Source of the DNA: Thermoanaerobaculia bacterium
GTDB lineage: Bacteria > Acidobacteriota > Thermoanaerobaculia > UBA5066 > Gp7-AA6
Assembly: GCA_036406835.1 (NCBI GenBank)
Contig: DASXAG010000120.1
Span: forward strand, 13,520-77,519
Length of the DNA: 64,000 nucleotides
Direction: 5' to 3'
This document shows positions 9,558-19,090 of this stretch, in pieces (positions within the stretch are counted from its first letter, which is position 1; every line of letters begins with the position of its first letter). The position numbers and the translations under genes were made by a program. Under the pieces are notes generated by a model that worked only from the letters and a program-made list of their open reading frames with translations, did not search any database and was not told the origin of the DNA.

Positions 9558-10580
9558 TCATCTTTTCACACCCGCCGACTCGCGAAGCCATTCCGCCCAC
9601 GCGGGCTTCGGACGGCCGGAGGCCTCCTGCAGGCCCAGGTTGCGCAGAAGCGCCCGCCGCCGCCGCTCCGCGATGGAGGCTCCGGGTTGGAGCTCCGGCT
9701 CCGCCGGAGGCGGATCGCGAAGCCAGAGGTAGCGCGCGAAGAGCAGCCGGCGGCCGTCGGCGCGGTTGAGGAACCGGCGAAAGATCCGGATGAACTCCGC
9801 CTGCTTCGCCGGACTCGACCCGTTCTCGGCCGAGGAGGAGTAGCTGACGCGCGGAAACGCGATGGGACGCTCCCCCGCCGCGGCGAGGAGCGCCTCCCAA
9901 TCCTTCTCCAGGACCTGCGGGTCCCGCTGCGTGAACGGCGCGCCCGCGACCAGGGGGCAGTAGGCGTAGAAGAGGACCGGGCTCCGGCGGTGCAGCTCGG
10001 CGGCCACCTCCGGCGAGCGGCTCTCGGTGGGCGCGGCGGTCGTGACGCCGACCAGCAGCCGCGGCAGCTTCTTCTGCAGGAACTGCACGGCGCCGTCGAA
10101 GAGGCGCCGGTACGCCCGAAGCTCGTCGGGCTTGTCGGCGAAGTACGTGTCGGCGGCCTCGCCGAGCGAGAGCGTCTGCACGTCGAGGAGAACCGGCGTC
10201 AGCGCGTCGAGGAACCGCCCGAGGCGCAGCGACAACTTCGGATCGTCGAACGCCGTGCCGGTCAGGTCGCTCGGCACGTCGCGGGCGCTCTCGCTCACGA
10301 GCGGGATCGAAAGGTGCAGCGTCGCGCCCGACTGACGCAGGAGGCGGGCGGAACGCTGGATGTCCTCGAGGCGATACTCGCGCGGTCTCGGCTCGGCGGC
10401 CGACCACGAGACCTCCAGCACGAAGAACGAGGCGCCCGTCCGGCGGACCATCTCGAGCGCGGCCTGGCCGGAGTCGGCGCCGCGGTCGGGGACGTTGACG
10501 CCGACGCCGAGAGCCGGCGGCGTCGCCGGTTTCTCGACACGAAGCGGAGCGAGGGCGAGGAGGAGCGCGAACGCGAGCAT
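9558..10580 (-). CDS. secreted hypothetical protein (possible TIM-barrel glycosidase-like)
   Basis: 340-aa ORF with signal peptide MLAFALLLALAPL and normal amino acid composition, first gene of an apparent operon with the lipoprotein and fbp. The fold assignment is a guess. Confidence 0.6.
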   Translation of the reverse strand: MLAFALLLALAPLRVEKPATPPALGVGVNVPDRGADSGQAALEMVRRTGASFFVLEVSWSAAEPRPREYRLEDIQRSARLLRQSGATLHLSIPLVSESARDVPSDLTGTAFDDPKLSLRLGRFLDALTPVLLDVQTLSLGEAADTYFADKPDELRAYRRLFDGAVQFLQKKLPRLLVGVTTAAPTESRSPEVAAELHRRSPVLFYAYCPLVAGAPFTQRDPQVLEKDWEALLAAAGERPIAFPRVSYSSSAENGSSPAKQAEFIRIFRRFLNRADGRRLLFARYLWLRDPPPAEPELQPGASIAERRRRALLRNLGLQEASGRPKPAWAEWLRESAGVKR

Positions 10581-10614
10581 TCGGAGCTTCCGGTTTCCGG
10601 CTTCCGGCTGGCGC

Positions 10615-11406
10615 CTATCCCTGCGCTCCCACCAGAACGATCGGCCCGGTCGGCGCCGGGACGCCGCCGCGGGGCTCGATCGTCACGGCGAAGTTCTGGG
10701 CCTCGGCCTCCGGGAAGTCCGTCGACTCGAAGGCCACCCGACCCTCCGCATCGGCGTCGAAGACTCCCGCGGCGACCGGCTTGCCCTGCTGGAAGACCCA
10801 GAGCTCGTATTGCCGGTCGGCCGGCAGCGGCGAGAGATTTCCGGCCACGAGCACGCCGCGGCGGGCGCGCGCGCTCCAGAACACGCGGCCCTTCGCATTG
10901 GGCTGCGGGCCCTGGCCGCCCAGGATCAGCATGCGCACGTCGTCGCTCTCGAGCACGCGGGCGCGGAGCGTGCGCTGGGCGAGCTCCGTCTCCGCGGATT
11001 GGAGCCTTCCCGCGAGCTGCGCCGACTGGCTCCGGAGGTCTTCGCGCTCGCGGCGCAGGCGCGCGTCGTCGACTCCGACGAGCACCGCCGCGAGCGCCGC
11101 CGCGGCCGCGAGGATGCGCCACGCGGCCCCCAAGGCCGCCGGCCGGACGGGCGCGACGCGCGCCGGCCCGGTACGGATCGCCGCGAGGATACGGCCTCGG
11201 AGCTCCGGCGGCGGCGCGGCCGCGGGCGCCTCGGCGGCGAGAGTGGCCGCGGCCGGCTCGAGGTCCCTCCGGAGCGCCTCGCAGCGGGCGCAGCCCTCGC
11301 CCAGGTGCGCCTCGAGCTCGAGGCGCTCGGCGGAGCCGAGCTCCATGCCCGCCGCCAGCGCGGCGACGAGGTCTTCGTGCCGCTCGTTATGAGCCATGCG
11401 ATCCAC
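10615..11406 (-). CDS. anti-sigma factor, RskA-like (zinc-binding N-domain, one TM, anti-sigma-K C-domain)
   Basis: HLGEGCARCEALRRDL motif, TM AAWRILAAAAALAAVLVGV, C-terminal ...YELWVFQQGKPVAAGVF...FAVTIEPRGG. Overlaps the sigma gene stop. Confidence 0.8.
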   Translation of the reverse strand: MDRMAHNERHEDLVAALAAGMELGSAERLELEAHLGEGCARCEALRRDLEPAAATLAAEAPAAAPPPELRGRILAAIRTGPARVAPVRPAALGAAWRILAAAAALAAVLVGVDDARLRREREDLRSQSAQLAGRLQSAETELAQRTLRARVLESDDVRMLILGGQGPQPNAKGRVFWSARARRGVLVAGNLSPLPADRQYELWVFQQGKPVAAGVFDADAEGRVAFESTDFPEAEAQNFAVTIEPRGGVPAPTGPIVLVGAQG

Positions 11407-11980
11407 TCTCCCAGTACGGCCGCATCCGCTCGCGAAGTTTCATCAAACCGAGCCGTACCCGTGTCTTGACCGTTCCCAGCGGCGTCGACGTCTTCGCCGC
11501 GATCTCCTCCTGCGTCAGGCCCTCGAAGTAGGCCAGCTCCAGCGCGCGGCGCTGGTCCTCCGGAAGCTGCCCGATGGCGGTGAGGCACAGGGACCGCCAC
11601 TGCCGGCCGGCCGAGTCCGCCTCGACGTCGTCGGCGCTCGCCGGACCCTCGCCGAGCTCCTCCAGGCTCTTCACGGCGCCGCTGCCGCTCGCGACGGAGC
11701 GGCGCGCGCGGAGCCGGTCGATCGCGCGGCTGCGGGTGACGATCAGGAGCCAGGTCAGGACCGAGCCGCGAACCGGGTCGAAGGAGGCGGCGGCGCGCCA
11801 CACGTACAGGAAGACTTCCTGGACGATCTCCTCCGCCTCGCCGCCCGCGCCGAGGATCCGCTGCGCGAGACCCAGCAGGCGTCCGGCGTGCTGGTCGTAG
11901 AGCTCGCCGAGCGCGTCCGCGTCGCGCGCCTCGATGCGGCGCATCCGATCGCGATCGGGATCCTCGCGTTTCGAGCTCAT
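11387..11980 (-). CDS. ECF (group IV) RNA polymerase sigma factor
   Basis: Region 2 (EIVQEVFLYVWRAA) and region 4 (LAYFEGLTQEEIAAKTSTPLGTVKTRV). Confidence 0.9.
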   Translation of the reverse strand: MSSKREDPDRDRMRRIEARDADALGELYDQHAGRLLGLAQRILGAGGEAEEIVQEVFLYVWRAAASFDPVRGSVLTWLLIVTRSRAIDRLRARRSVASGSGAVKSLEELGEGPASADDVEADSAGRQWRSLCLTAIGQLPEDQRRALELAYFEGLTQEEIAAKTSTPLGTVKTRVRLGLMKLRERMRPYWESGSHGS

Positions 11981-12147
11981 GCGTTCGGAAGGGAGCGGCT
12001 CCGGGCGGTTTATACCACCTCAAAAATCTCTGAGCGTTGAATCCGCCGGAGCGGCCCGCTCCGTACCGGGTCCGAAAGCGTTGGTTTCCGGGCCTGCCGG
12101 GCCGGTCGGGAATTCCGGCTCCGGCTCAACGAACCGAAGGAGGAGCT

Positions 12148-13620
12148 ATGAGGGATTCTCGTCTCCGGAGCGTACGGCGAGCCGCGCTGCTCGCCCTGCT
12201 GCTCACGTCCGGTCTCGCCGCCGCCGCGCTCGCGTCCAGCCACCGCGAGGCGCCCGGCATCTCGAACGACCCGGTCGCCGACAACACCGACCTGTACTTC
12301 TTCCGCGACCCGGCCGATCCGTCCCGTCTCGTCCTGATCTCCAACTGGATCCCGCTCGAGGAGCCGGCGGGCGGACCCAACTTCTTCCACTTCGAGCCCC
12401 ACATCCGCTACGAGTTCAACGTCGACAGCAACGGCGACGGGATCGAGGACATCGTCTACCGCGTCGAGTTCACGCGCAACGTCCGCACCGGCGCCACGTT
12501 CCTCCAGAACACCGGACCCGTCTCGTCCCCGACCGACACGGCGCTCAACGTGTATTACACGTACACCGTCAAGAAGTGCTCGGGCCCCTCTCCCGGCCAG
12601 GTGGACTGCACCGTCCTCGGCGCGGACCTCATCGAGGCGCCCAACAACGTCGGGTCGAAGTCCTTCCCGAACGGCTACGGCAAGGGCTCGCAGATCGCCA
12701 CGACGGTCTACGACATCGACGACGACACGAAGGTGTTCGCCGGCCCCCGCGCCGAGGGCTTCTACGTCGACCTCGGAATGATCTTCGACCTCATCCACTT
12801 CCGCCCGAACACCGCGGTCGGGGACCACGGCGGCGGCAAGAACGAGACGGCCGGATTCAACGTCCACACGATCGCCCTGTCGGTGCCGATCCAGAACCTC
12901 ACGGCGAACCACACCGCGCCGACCGACGCCGCGGACCCGAACGCGATCGTGAGCCTCTGGTCGTCCACGTGGCGCCTCCGCACCTCGACGCTCTCCGACA
13001 CGGGAGCGCCGCCCGCCGTCTCGGGCGACTGGGTGCAGGTCTCGCGCCTCGGCAACCCGCTGATCAACGAGGTGGTGATCCCGCTCGGCATGAAGGACCT
13101 CTTCAACGCCAGCTATCCGGTCAGCGACGCGCAGTTCGGATCGTTCGTCCTGAACCCGGAGGTGCCCGGGATCCTGCACGCCCTCTTCAACGTGGACGTG
13201 CCGCCGGCCCCGCGCAACGACCTGCTGGCCCTCGTGGTGGGGCTGGCGGGCCTCAACCAGCGGCCCAACGAGGTCGTCTCGGATCAGCTGCGGCTGAACA
13301 CGGCGATCTTCCCGACGCCGATTCCGCAGGTGAACCGCCTGGGCGTGCTCGCGGGGGACAACGCGGGCTTCCCCAACGGGAGGCGCGTGTACGACGACGT
13401 CGTGGACATCGAGCTGCGGGTCCTCGCCGGCGTTCTCGTGGACGGTTTCAACAAGGCGCCCAACAACCAGCTGGGCGACGGGGTCGACGGTCCGGACACT
13501 CCGTACATCGCCGGATTCCCCTACCTGTGGACGCCCCACTCCGGTTACGAGCACAGCCACGACCCGAACAACGTCGGCTCGTTCACGAAGTTCGGCATCC
13601 AGCCCACGGAAGAGCGCTAG
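12148..13620 (+). CDS. DUF4331 domain-containing secreted protein
   Basis: SD gaaggagg, then ATG at 12148. Signal peptide followed by SSHREAPGISNDPVADNTDLYFF, the hallmark DUF4331 N-terminus. Confidence 0.85.
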   Translation: MRDSRLRSVRRAALLALLLTSGLAAAALASSHREAPGISNDPVADNTDLYFFRDPADPSRLVLISNWIPLEEPAGGPNFFHFEPHIRYEFNVDSNGDGIEDIVYRVEFTRNVRTGATFLQNTGPVSSPTDTALNVYYTYTVKKCSGPSPGQVDCTVLGADLIEAPNNVGSKSFPNGYGKGSQIATTVYDIDDDTKVFAGPRAEGFYVDLGMIFDLIHFRPNTAVGDHGGGKNETAGFNVHTIALSVPIQNLTANHTAPTDAADPNAIVSLWSSTWRLRTSTLSDTGAPPAVSGDWVQVSRLGNPLINEVVIPLGMKDLFNASYPVSDAQFGSFVLNPEVPGILHALFNVDVPPAPRNDLLALVVGLAGLNQRPNEVVSDQLRLNTAIFPTPIPQVNRLGVLAGDNAGFPNGRRVYDDVVDIELRVLAGVLVDGFNKAPNNQLGDGVDGPDTPYIAGFPYLWTPHSGYEHSHDPNNVGSFTKFGIQPTEER

Positions 13621-13646
13621 GCGGATTCGCTCCGCGGCTCGCGGAC

Positions 13647-13699
13647 CCGGCCCGGACGGCGACGGCCTCGAGAAACGTCGCCCCGGGCCGGCCTTTTTT
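13647..13699 (+). terminator. intrinsic terminator after the DUF4331 gene
   Basis: ccggcccgg..ggcgacg / cgtcgcc..ccgggccgg stem followed by tttttt (13694-13699). Confidence 0.65.
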
Positions 13700-13740
13700 C
13701 ATACGATACGCAGGCCGATCGTCCGACAAAGGAGGCCGTC

Positions 13741-14283
13741 ATGCACCGTCGGGATTTCTTCCGCAACGCCGCGACCACGGGTCTCGCGCTGGGGCTGGCC
13801 GCGGCCGGACGGCCGCTGTTGGCGTTGCCCGAGAAGGCCGACGCTCCCGCGGACGACGTCCTGCTGCTCAACACGGCGCTCGCGCTGGAGCACGAGGCCA
13901 TCTGGGCGTACGGCCTCGCGGGCAACAGCGGGCTCCTCTCGGCGAAGGCGAAGGAGGTCGGCCTCCTGTTCCAGGGGAGCCACGAGATCCACCGCGACCT
14001 GCTGGTCGACGTGATCAAGAGGAAGGGAGGCCAGCCCGTCGACGCCAGGAAGGAGTACGTCTTCACCGTGCCGCTGAAGAAGGAGGAGGACGTCCTCCAG
14101 CTCGCGTTCACTCTCGAGGTAGGCGCGGCGCGCGCATACCTCTCGGTCGTCGACAAGTTCCAGGATCGGTCGCTCTCCGCGTCCGCCTCGCGGATCCTCT
14201 CCGACGAGGTCCTTCACGCGACGGTGCTGCGGAGCGTCCTCGGGCGGGACGTGGTGCCGACGTTCCGGCTGATCGAGAACTGA
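13741..14283 (+). CDS. Tat-exported ferritin-like domain protein
   Basis: MHRRDFFRNAATTGLALGLAAAG twin-arginine signal. Ferritin-like helices (LNTALALEHEAIWAY, LEVGAARAY, DEVLHATVL). SD aaaggagg. Confidence 0.75.
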   Translation: MHRRDFFRNAATTGLALGLAAAGRPLLALPEKADAPADDVLLLNTALALEHEAIWAYGLAGNSGLLSAKAKEVGLLFQGSHEIHRDLLVDVIKRKGGQPVDARKEYVFTVPLKKEEDVLQLAFTLEVGAARAYLSVVDKFQDRSLSASASRILSDEVLHATVLRSVLGRDVVPTFRLIEN

Positions 14284-14420
14284 CACTGGCCGTCGCCGAA
14301 GGCGAGGGGCGAGAGTCATCCTGAGGAAGGCGACGAAGTCGCCGACGAAGGATCCCGCGCTTTAGAGCCGGGATCCCTCCACCTCGCTGTGCTCGGTGTC
14401 GGGATGACGGCGGGAGAGAA

Positions 14421-14702
14421 CTACCCCTTGCTCGCCGTGTCGGGAATCGCCGCGGGACCGCCCTTCAGGTCTTCCTTGATGATCAGGTCGAGGAAGAGCT
14501 CGCGGACCCCCTCGCGGCCGCCGGCCTTGAACGCGCGCTTGACCTCGGAGGGCTTCAGGATCACGCCCGTCATGGTCTTCAGGTACTGGCAGAAGACGTA
14601 GGCGCGCGACCGGAACGAAACGATCAATAAGAACAGGAGCAGGACGGCGATGCCCAGAATGGTCCAATCCTTCTGGGTGAGGAGATCGAATGCGCCGGAC
14701 AT
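14421..14702 (-). CDS. small membrane protein, function unknown
   Basis: 93 aa with one TM (WTILGIAVLLLFLLIVSF), downstream of the ABC substrate-binding gene. Confidence 0.5.
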   Translation of the reverse strand: MSGAFDLLTQKDWTILGIAVLLLFLLIVSFRSRAYVFCQYLKTMTGVILKPSEVKRAFKAGGREGVRELFLDLIIKEDLKGGPAAIPDTASKG

Positions 14703-14763
14703 GGAATTTCTCTTGTATTCAGGGTAGCAGAATTTGCGCGGAAACGCTCGAAAATCCGCGGAT

Positions 14764-15627
14764 TCAGCGACTTCGAGCGGCCAGGAACTCGCGCGCGACG
14801 TCCGCCGGCCGGCGCTTGTCGCGATCGACGGAAGCGTTCATCGCGCGCATCGCGTCGGCCGTGATGGCTCCGGAGAGGCGCCCGAGCGCCCGCTGCACGG
14901 CCGCGTTCTTCCACGCGGCGGAGCGCACGACGAACGCCGCCTCGTACGGCGGGAAGTAGCGGCGGTCGTCGTCCAGCACCGTGAGGTGCAGCGCGGCGAT
15001 CAGGCCGTCGGTCGAATTGCCGGCCACGACGTCGACCTTCTCCTGCGCGAGCGCGGCGTAGAGAAGTCCGAGGTCCATCTCGAGAGGACGCGCCGCGAAG
15101 CTCAGGCCGTAGGCGGCCGCGAGCCCCGGGAATCCGTCGGCACGCTCCAGGAACTCGTAGCCGAAGCCGGGACGCAGGCGATCGCCGTCGCGCGCGAGAT
15201 CCGAGATCTTCGTGATCCCGAGCTCCTTCGCCTGCGCGGAGCGCATCACGAGCGCGAACGTGTTCTCGAACCCGAGCGGCGCGGTCCAGACGAGCCCGAA
15301 GCGTCTCTCGTACTCCCGCGCGACGTCCTCGCGGACGCGCGCCGGATCCGAGATCGGCTTCCGGGAGAGGATCGCGGTGAACGCGGTCCCCGTGTACTCC
15401 GGATAGAGGTCGAGCTCCCCGGCGAGCAGCGCGCGGTGACACACGAACGTGCCGCCGAGGTCGAGCTTGCGGTCGACCCGGACGCCTTCCGCCTCGAGCG
15501 CCTGGGCCGCCATCTCCCCGAGGATGACCTGCTCGGTGAAGTTCTTGGATCCGATCCGGATCGGATGCTCGCCGCGACAGCCGGCGAGCAGGAGGATCGC
15601 GGCGAGGCCGGACGCGAACCGCCTCAT
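14764..15627 (-). CDS. glycine betaine/osmoprotectant ABC transporter substrate-binding lipoprotein
   Basis: MRRFASGLAAILLLAGC lipobox, IRIGSKNFTEQVILGEM, LDLYPEYTGTA (OpuC/ProX-type). Confidence 0.9.
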   Translation of the reverse strand: MRRFASGLAAILLLAGCRGEHPIRIGSKNFTEQVILGEMAAQALEAEGVRVDRKLDLGGTFVCHRALLAGELDLYPEYTGTAFTAILSRKPISDPARVREDVAREYERRFGLVWTAPLGFENTFALVMRSAQAKELGITKISDLARDGDRLRPGFGYEFLERADGFPGLAAAYGLSFAARPLEMDLGLLYAALAQEKVDVVAGNSTDGLIAALHLTVLDDDRRYFPPYEAAFVVRSAAWKNAAVQRALGRLSGAITADAMRAMNASVDRDKRRPADVAREFLAARSR

Positions 15628-16262
15628 CGCCCCGGTCCCCAGCGCCGTTCGGCCAGGCCGAGCAACCCGTCGAACGCGAGCGCCAGCACGGCCGCGGGAA
15701 CCGCGCCCGCGAGGATCAGCCGGTGGTCGACGGTCGCGACGCCCCGGTAGATCAGCACGCCCAGGCCGCCCGCGCCGATCGCCGCCGCGATCGTGGCGAG
15801 GCCGATGCCGACGACCACGGCGATGCGGACCCCGGCCAGGACGACCGGCAGCGCCAGCGGGAGCTCGACCCACCGGAGGCGCTGATTCGGGCTCATCCCG
15901 AGCCCCGCCGCCGCGTCGACGACGGCCGGGTCCACCGAGGCGATGCCCGCGTGCGTGTTGCGCAGGATCGGCAGCAGCGCGTACACGACGAGCGCGACGA
16001 TCGCCGTGCGTGCGCCCACGCCGCCCAGAAGCGGCAGCGGGATCAGGAATCCGAACAGCGCGAGGCTCGGGATCGTCTGCACGACGTTGGCGAAGGCCAG
16101 CACGGGGCGCGCCAGCTTCGGCCGGCGGATGAGCAGGATCCCCGTCGGCACGCCGATCGCGACCGCGAGGAGCGTCGAGACGAGGACCAGCCCCACGTGC
16201 TGGCCCGCGAGCGCCAGGATCTCCGCCCGCCGCTCCCAGAAGAATTGCGCGAGATCCTTCAC
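15624..16262 (-). CDS. osmoprotectant ABC transporter permease
   Basis: GTG start overlapping the ATPase stop (GTGA). BPD-type permease motifs (VDAAAGLGMSPNQRLRWVELPLALP). Confidence 0.9.
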   Translation of the reverse strand: MKDLAQFFWERRAEILALAGQHVGLVLVSTLLAVAIGVPTGILLIRRPKLARPVLAFANVVQTIPSLALFGFLIPLPLLGGVGARTAIVALVVYALLPILRNTHAGIASVDPAVVDAAAGLGMSPNQRLRWVELPLALPVVLAGVRIAVVVGIGLATIAAAIGAGGLGVLIYRGVATVDHRLILAGAVPAAVLALAFDGLLGLAERRWGPGR

Positions 16263-17020
16263 GTCTCGAACTCCGTCACGAACTCGCGCACGAAGGCGTC
16301 CGCCGGATTCCGCGTCAGCTCCTCGCGCGTCCCGATCTGCCGCACGCGGCCCGCCTGCATGACGGCGACCCGATCGGCCAGCCGGAACGCCTCCGCGAGG
16401 TCGTGCGTCACGAGCAGCACGGCCCTTCGAGGCGTCAGACGCTCGCGCCACGCGAGGAACTCCCTCTGGAGCGAGCGCCGCGCGATCGGGTCGAGCGCCC
16501 CGAACGGCTCGTCCATCAGGACCAGCGCCGGATCGGCCGCGAGCGCGCGAGCCACGCCGACGCGCTGACGCTGGCCGCCCGAGAGCTCCCGAGGACGACG
16601 CGCCGCGAAGTCGGCGTGCGGGAGGCCCACGAGCGCGAGCAGCTCGCGCGCGCGCTCGCGGCGCCGCGCGGGTTCCCAGCCGAGCAGGCGAGGAACGGTC
16701 TCGACGTTCTGCTCGACGCTCCAGTGCGGGAAGAGCCCGCCCTCCTGGATGACGTATCCGATGCCGCGCCGCAGCGCCACCGGGTCCTGGTCGCGGACGG
16801 ACGCGCCGAACACGCGGACCTCGCCGCCGTCGGCCTCGAGCAGCCGGTTGGCGAGGCGCAGCGCCGTCGTCTTGCCGCAGCCCGACGGGCCGACGAGCGC
16901 GACCGTCTCCTTCGCCGCGACCCGCAGCGTGAGGCCGTCGAGCGCGCGCTTGGAAGAGTCCGGCCCGAAGCTCTTGCGTACGTCGAGGAACTCCAGGGCG
17001 GGAACGGCTGAGAGAGTCAG
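16259..17020 (-). CDS. osmoprotectant ABC transporter ATP-binding protein (start codon uncertain)
   Basis: Walker A GPSGCGKTT, signature LSGGQRQRV, Walker B LVLMDEPF. The conserved N-terminus (ALEFLDVRKSFG) lies upstream of the first ATG. In frame after the TAA there is no ATG/GTG/TTG, only CTG at 17020 and 16996. Confidence 0.85.
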   Translation of the reverse strand: MTLSAVPALEFLDVRKSFGPDSSKRALDGLTLRVAAKETVALVGPSGCGKTTALRLANRLLEADGGEVRVFGASVRDQDPVALRRGIGYVIQEGGLFPHWSVEQNVETVPRLLGWEPARRRERARELLALVGLPHADFAARRPRELSGGQRQRVGVARALAADPALVLMDEPFGALDPIARRSLQREFLAWRERLTPRRAVLLVTHDLAEAFRLADRVAVMQAGRVRQIGTREELTRNPADAFVREFVTEFET

Positions 17021-17028
17021 TCTAGAAT
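17019..17028. promoter_or_regulatory. overlapping divergent -10 boxes around a TCTAGA palindrome
   Basis: Plus TAGAAT at 17023-17028 lies 8 nt before GTG 17037. Minus TAGACT is the complement of 17019-17024. The divergent genes are only about 16-40 nt apart. Confidence 0.35.
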
Positions 17029-17036
17029 CCTCTTGC

Positions 17037-18323
17037 GTGAACCCATCTTACGACGCGATCGTCATCGGGGGCGGACCCGGCGGCTCCACCGTCGCCACGG
17101 TTCTCGCGCGGGCAGGCCGCCGCGTGCTCGTCCTCGAGCGCGAGAAGTTTCCGCGCTTCCACGTGGGCGAATCGCTCCTCCCCTTCGCGCTGCCGATCTT
17201 CGACCGGATCGGCGTGCACGAGAAGATCCGCGCCGCCGGCTTCCAGAAGAAGTACGGCGCCTTCTTCTGGAACGAGGCGAACGGGACCACGCGCCCGGTC
17301 GTCTTCGCCGAGGCCCGCGACCCGAACCATCCCATGGCCTACCAGGTCAAGCGCGCCGAATTCGACGAGCTCCTGCTGCGGCACGCCGCGGCCAGCGGCG
17401 CCGAGATCCGCGAGGAGACGGCCGTCGAGGACGTGCTCTTCGAGGGCCAGCGCGCGGTCGGCGTACGCCTCCGCGCCGGAGGCGGTGCCGGCGCCCCCGC
17501 CGAGGAGATTCGCGCGCGCATCGTCGTGGACGCGTCGGGACAGGGCGCCTTCCTGTCGCGGAAGCTCGGGCTGCGGAGCTTCGATCCGAAGCTCAAGCGC
17601 GCGGCGCTGTTCGCGCACTACGAGGGCATTCGCTGGCCGGCGGAGAGCCCGCCCGGCGACATCCTGCTGCCGATCGACCAGGGCGTCTGGTACTGGATCA
17701 TCCCCTTCTCGGACGGCGTGTGCAGCGTCGGGGGCGTCTTCGATCCGGCCGACGTCCGCCTGGCGGAGGGCGCCGCGATGGAGACGCGCTTCGAAGAGCT
17801 CGTCGGCCGCTCCCCGAGGGTGATGAAGCTGCTCGAGGGGGCGCGGCGCACCTCGAAGGTCCACGGGATCTCGGACTACTCGTCCAGGTCGAGCCGCCTC
17901 GCCGGCGACGGCTGGGTGCTCGTGGGCGACGCGGCGACGTTCCTCGACCCGGTCTTCTCGACCGGAGTCTTCCTCGCGATGTCGAGCGGCGAGCGCGCGG
18001 GGCAGACCATCGACCGCGCCCTCGCGCGCAAGGGCCGCGTCGAGGAGAGCGACTTCCGCGCGTATTCGCGCGAGTACGAGCGCATGGTCGCGCGCTTCCG
18101 CCGGTACGTGTACAACTTCTACGACCCGGTGTTTTTCGAGGCGTTCTGCACGCCCGATCCCCCGGACGTGATCCGCGCGGCGGTCACGACGACTCTCGCC
18201 GGCGGCGTCGAGCGGCCCTCGCCGATGATGCGGTTCTGGACCGGGATGATGTTCGTGGGCGTCGCGATCGACCGCTTCACGCGGAGGTTCCGGGGCAAGA
18301 CCGCGGCCGAGGCGGCGAGCTGA
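17037..18323 (+). CDS. FAD-dependent oxidoreductase (geranylgeranyl reductase / flavin halogenase-like family)
   Basis: YDAIVIGGGPGGSTVATVLARAGRRVLVLE dinucleotide fold and GDAATFLDPVFSTGV motif. GTG start. Confidence 0.85.
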   Translation: MNPSYDAIVIGGGPGGSTVATVLARAGRRVLVLEREKFPRFHVGESLLPFALPIFDRIGVHEKIRAAGFQKKYGAFFWNEANGTTRPVVFAEARDPNHPMAYQVKRAEFDELLLRHAAASGAEIREETAVEDVLFEGQRAVGVRLRAGGGAGAPAEEIRARIVVDASGQGAFLSRKLGLRSFDPKLKRAALFAHYEGIRWPAESPPGDILLPIDQGVWYWIIPFSDGVCSVGGVFDPADVRLAEGAAMETRFEELVGRSPRVMKLLEGARRTSKVHGISDYSSRSSRLAGDGWVLVGDAATFLDPVFSTGVFLAMSSGERAGQTIDRALARKGRVEESDFRAYSREYERMVARFRRYVYNFYDPVFFEAFCTPDPPDVIRAAVTTTLAGGVERPSPMMRFWTGMMFVGVAIDRFTRRFRGKTAAEAAS

Positions 18324-18348
18324 CGGCGCGGAGGGGCGAGCCGCCCGC

Positions 18349-19083
18349 CTAGAACAGCGGGACCGTGATGGTCGACGCGGCCCTCTCCTCTCCGTCGAGG
18401 AGGGGCGTGAAGGACAGCGAGCATTCGACGGGCGGCTTTCCGCTCTTCGGCAGAAAGACGAGCAACAGATTCAGCGTCTCTCCCGGCGCGACCTCGCGGG
18501 GCAACAGGGTCTTCTCCTCCACGTCGGCCCGCGCGGATTCCCAGTAGCCCTTGTTGCCGCTCAGGGCCATTGCCCGGGCCGCCGCGGCGAGACCCGCGAA
18601 CCCCAGCTCCGTGATCGCGGTCAGACCGCCGGTCAGGCCGGTTCCCGTGCGGGGGCCCGCGCCGGGCTGGCTCGTCACGGGCAGCGCGGCCGTGCCGAAG
18701 TTCGCGGGGGCCGACACGGCGGCCAGGACCTCCTCGGAGCTCAGAGGATAGTAGTCCTCGTCGGCGACGAGGCGGATCTCCCGCCGGTTCACGCCGATCC
18801 GGCCGGAGAGAGCGGTCAGCCGCATCTGGACGACGACGGCGCTCGAGGCGAGCGGCCCGCTCTTCTTCCCGAGGACGCGAACGATCTCGCTCTTGCCGAG
18901 CCGGCCCACGGTGAGCATGAAGTCGGCGTCCTCCAGCCGGTATTGCTTCTTCGCGAGGAAGTCCGCGAGAGGATCGGCCCGATAGGTCCTCGCCGAGGAA
19001 CAGCCCAGGCCGAGAGCCGCCGACAGAACGAGCACCCACGCACCGCCGTGAGCCACCCGCCGCCGGGTGTCGAGTCGCCCCAT
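18349..19083 (-). CDS. lipoprotein, function unknown
   Basis: VLVLSAALGLGC lipobox. Last gene of the 21724->18349 minus-strand operon. Confidence 0.6.
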   Translation of the reverse strand: MGRLDTRRRVAHGGAWVLVLSAALGLGCSSARTYRADPLADFLAKKQYRLEDADFMLTVGRLGKSEIVRVLGKKSGPLASSAVVVQMRLTALSGRIGVNRREIRLVADEDYYPLSSEEVLAAVSAPANFGTAALPVTSQPGAGPRTGTGLTGGLTAITELGFAGLAAAARAMALSGNKGYWESARADVEEKTLLPREVAPGETLNLLLVFLPKSGKPPVECSLSFTPLLDGEERAASTITVPLF

Positions 19084-19090
19084 GGGATTC

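Noticed and set aside
12109-12133. ECF-type promoter candidate GGAAT-N16-CGAA upstream of the DUF4331 gene.
   Set aside because: A transcript starting 6-7 nt after the CGAA would begin inside or after the GAAGGAGG Shine-Dalgarno of the gene. The match is short and could be chance, so I did not list it as a feature.
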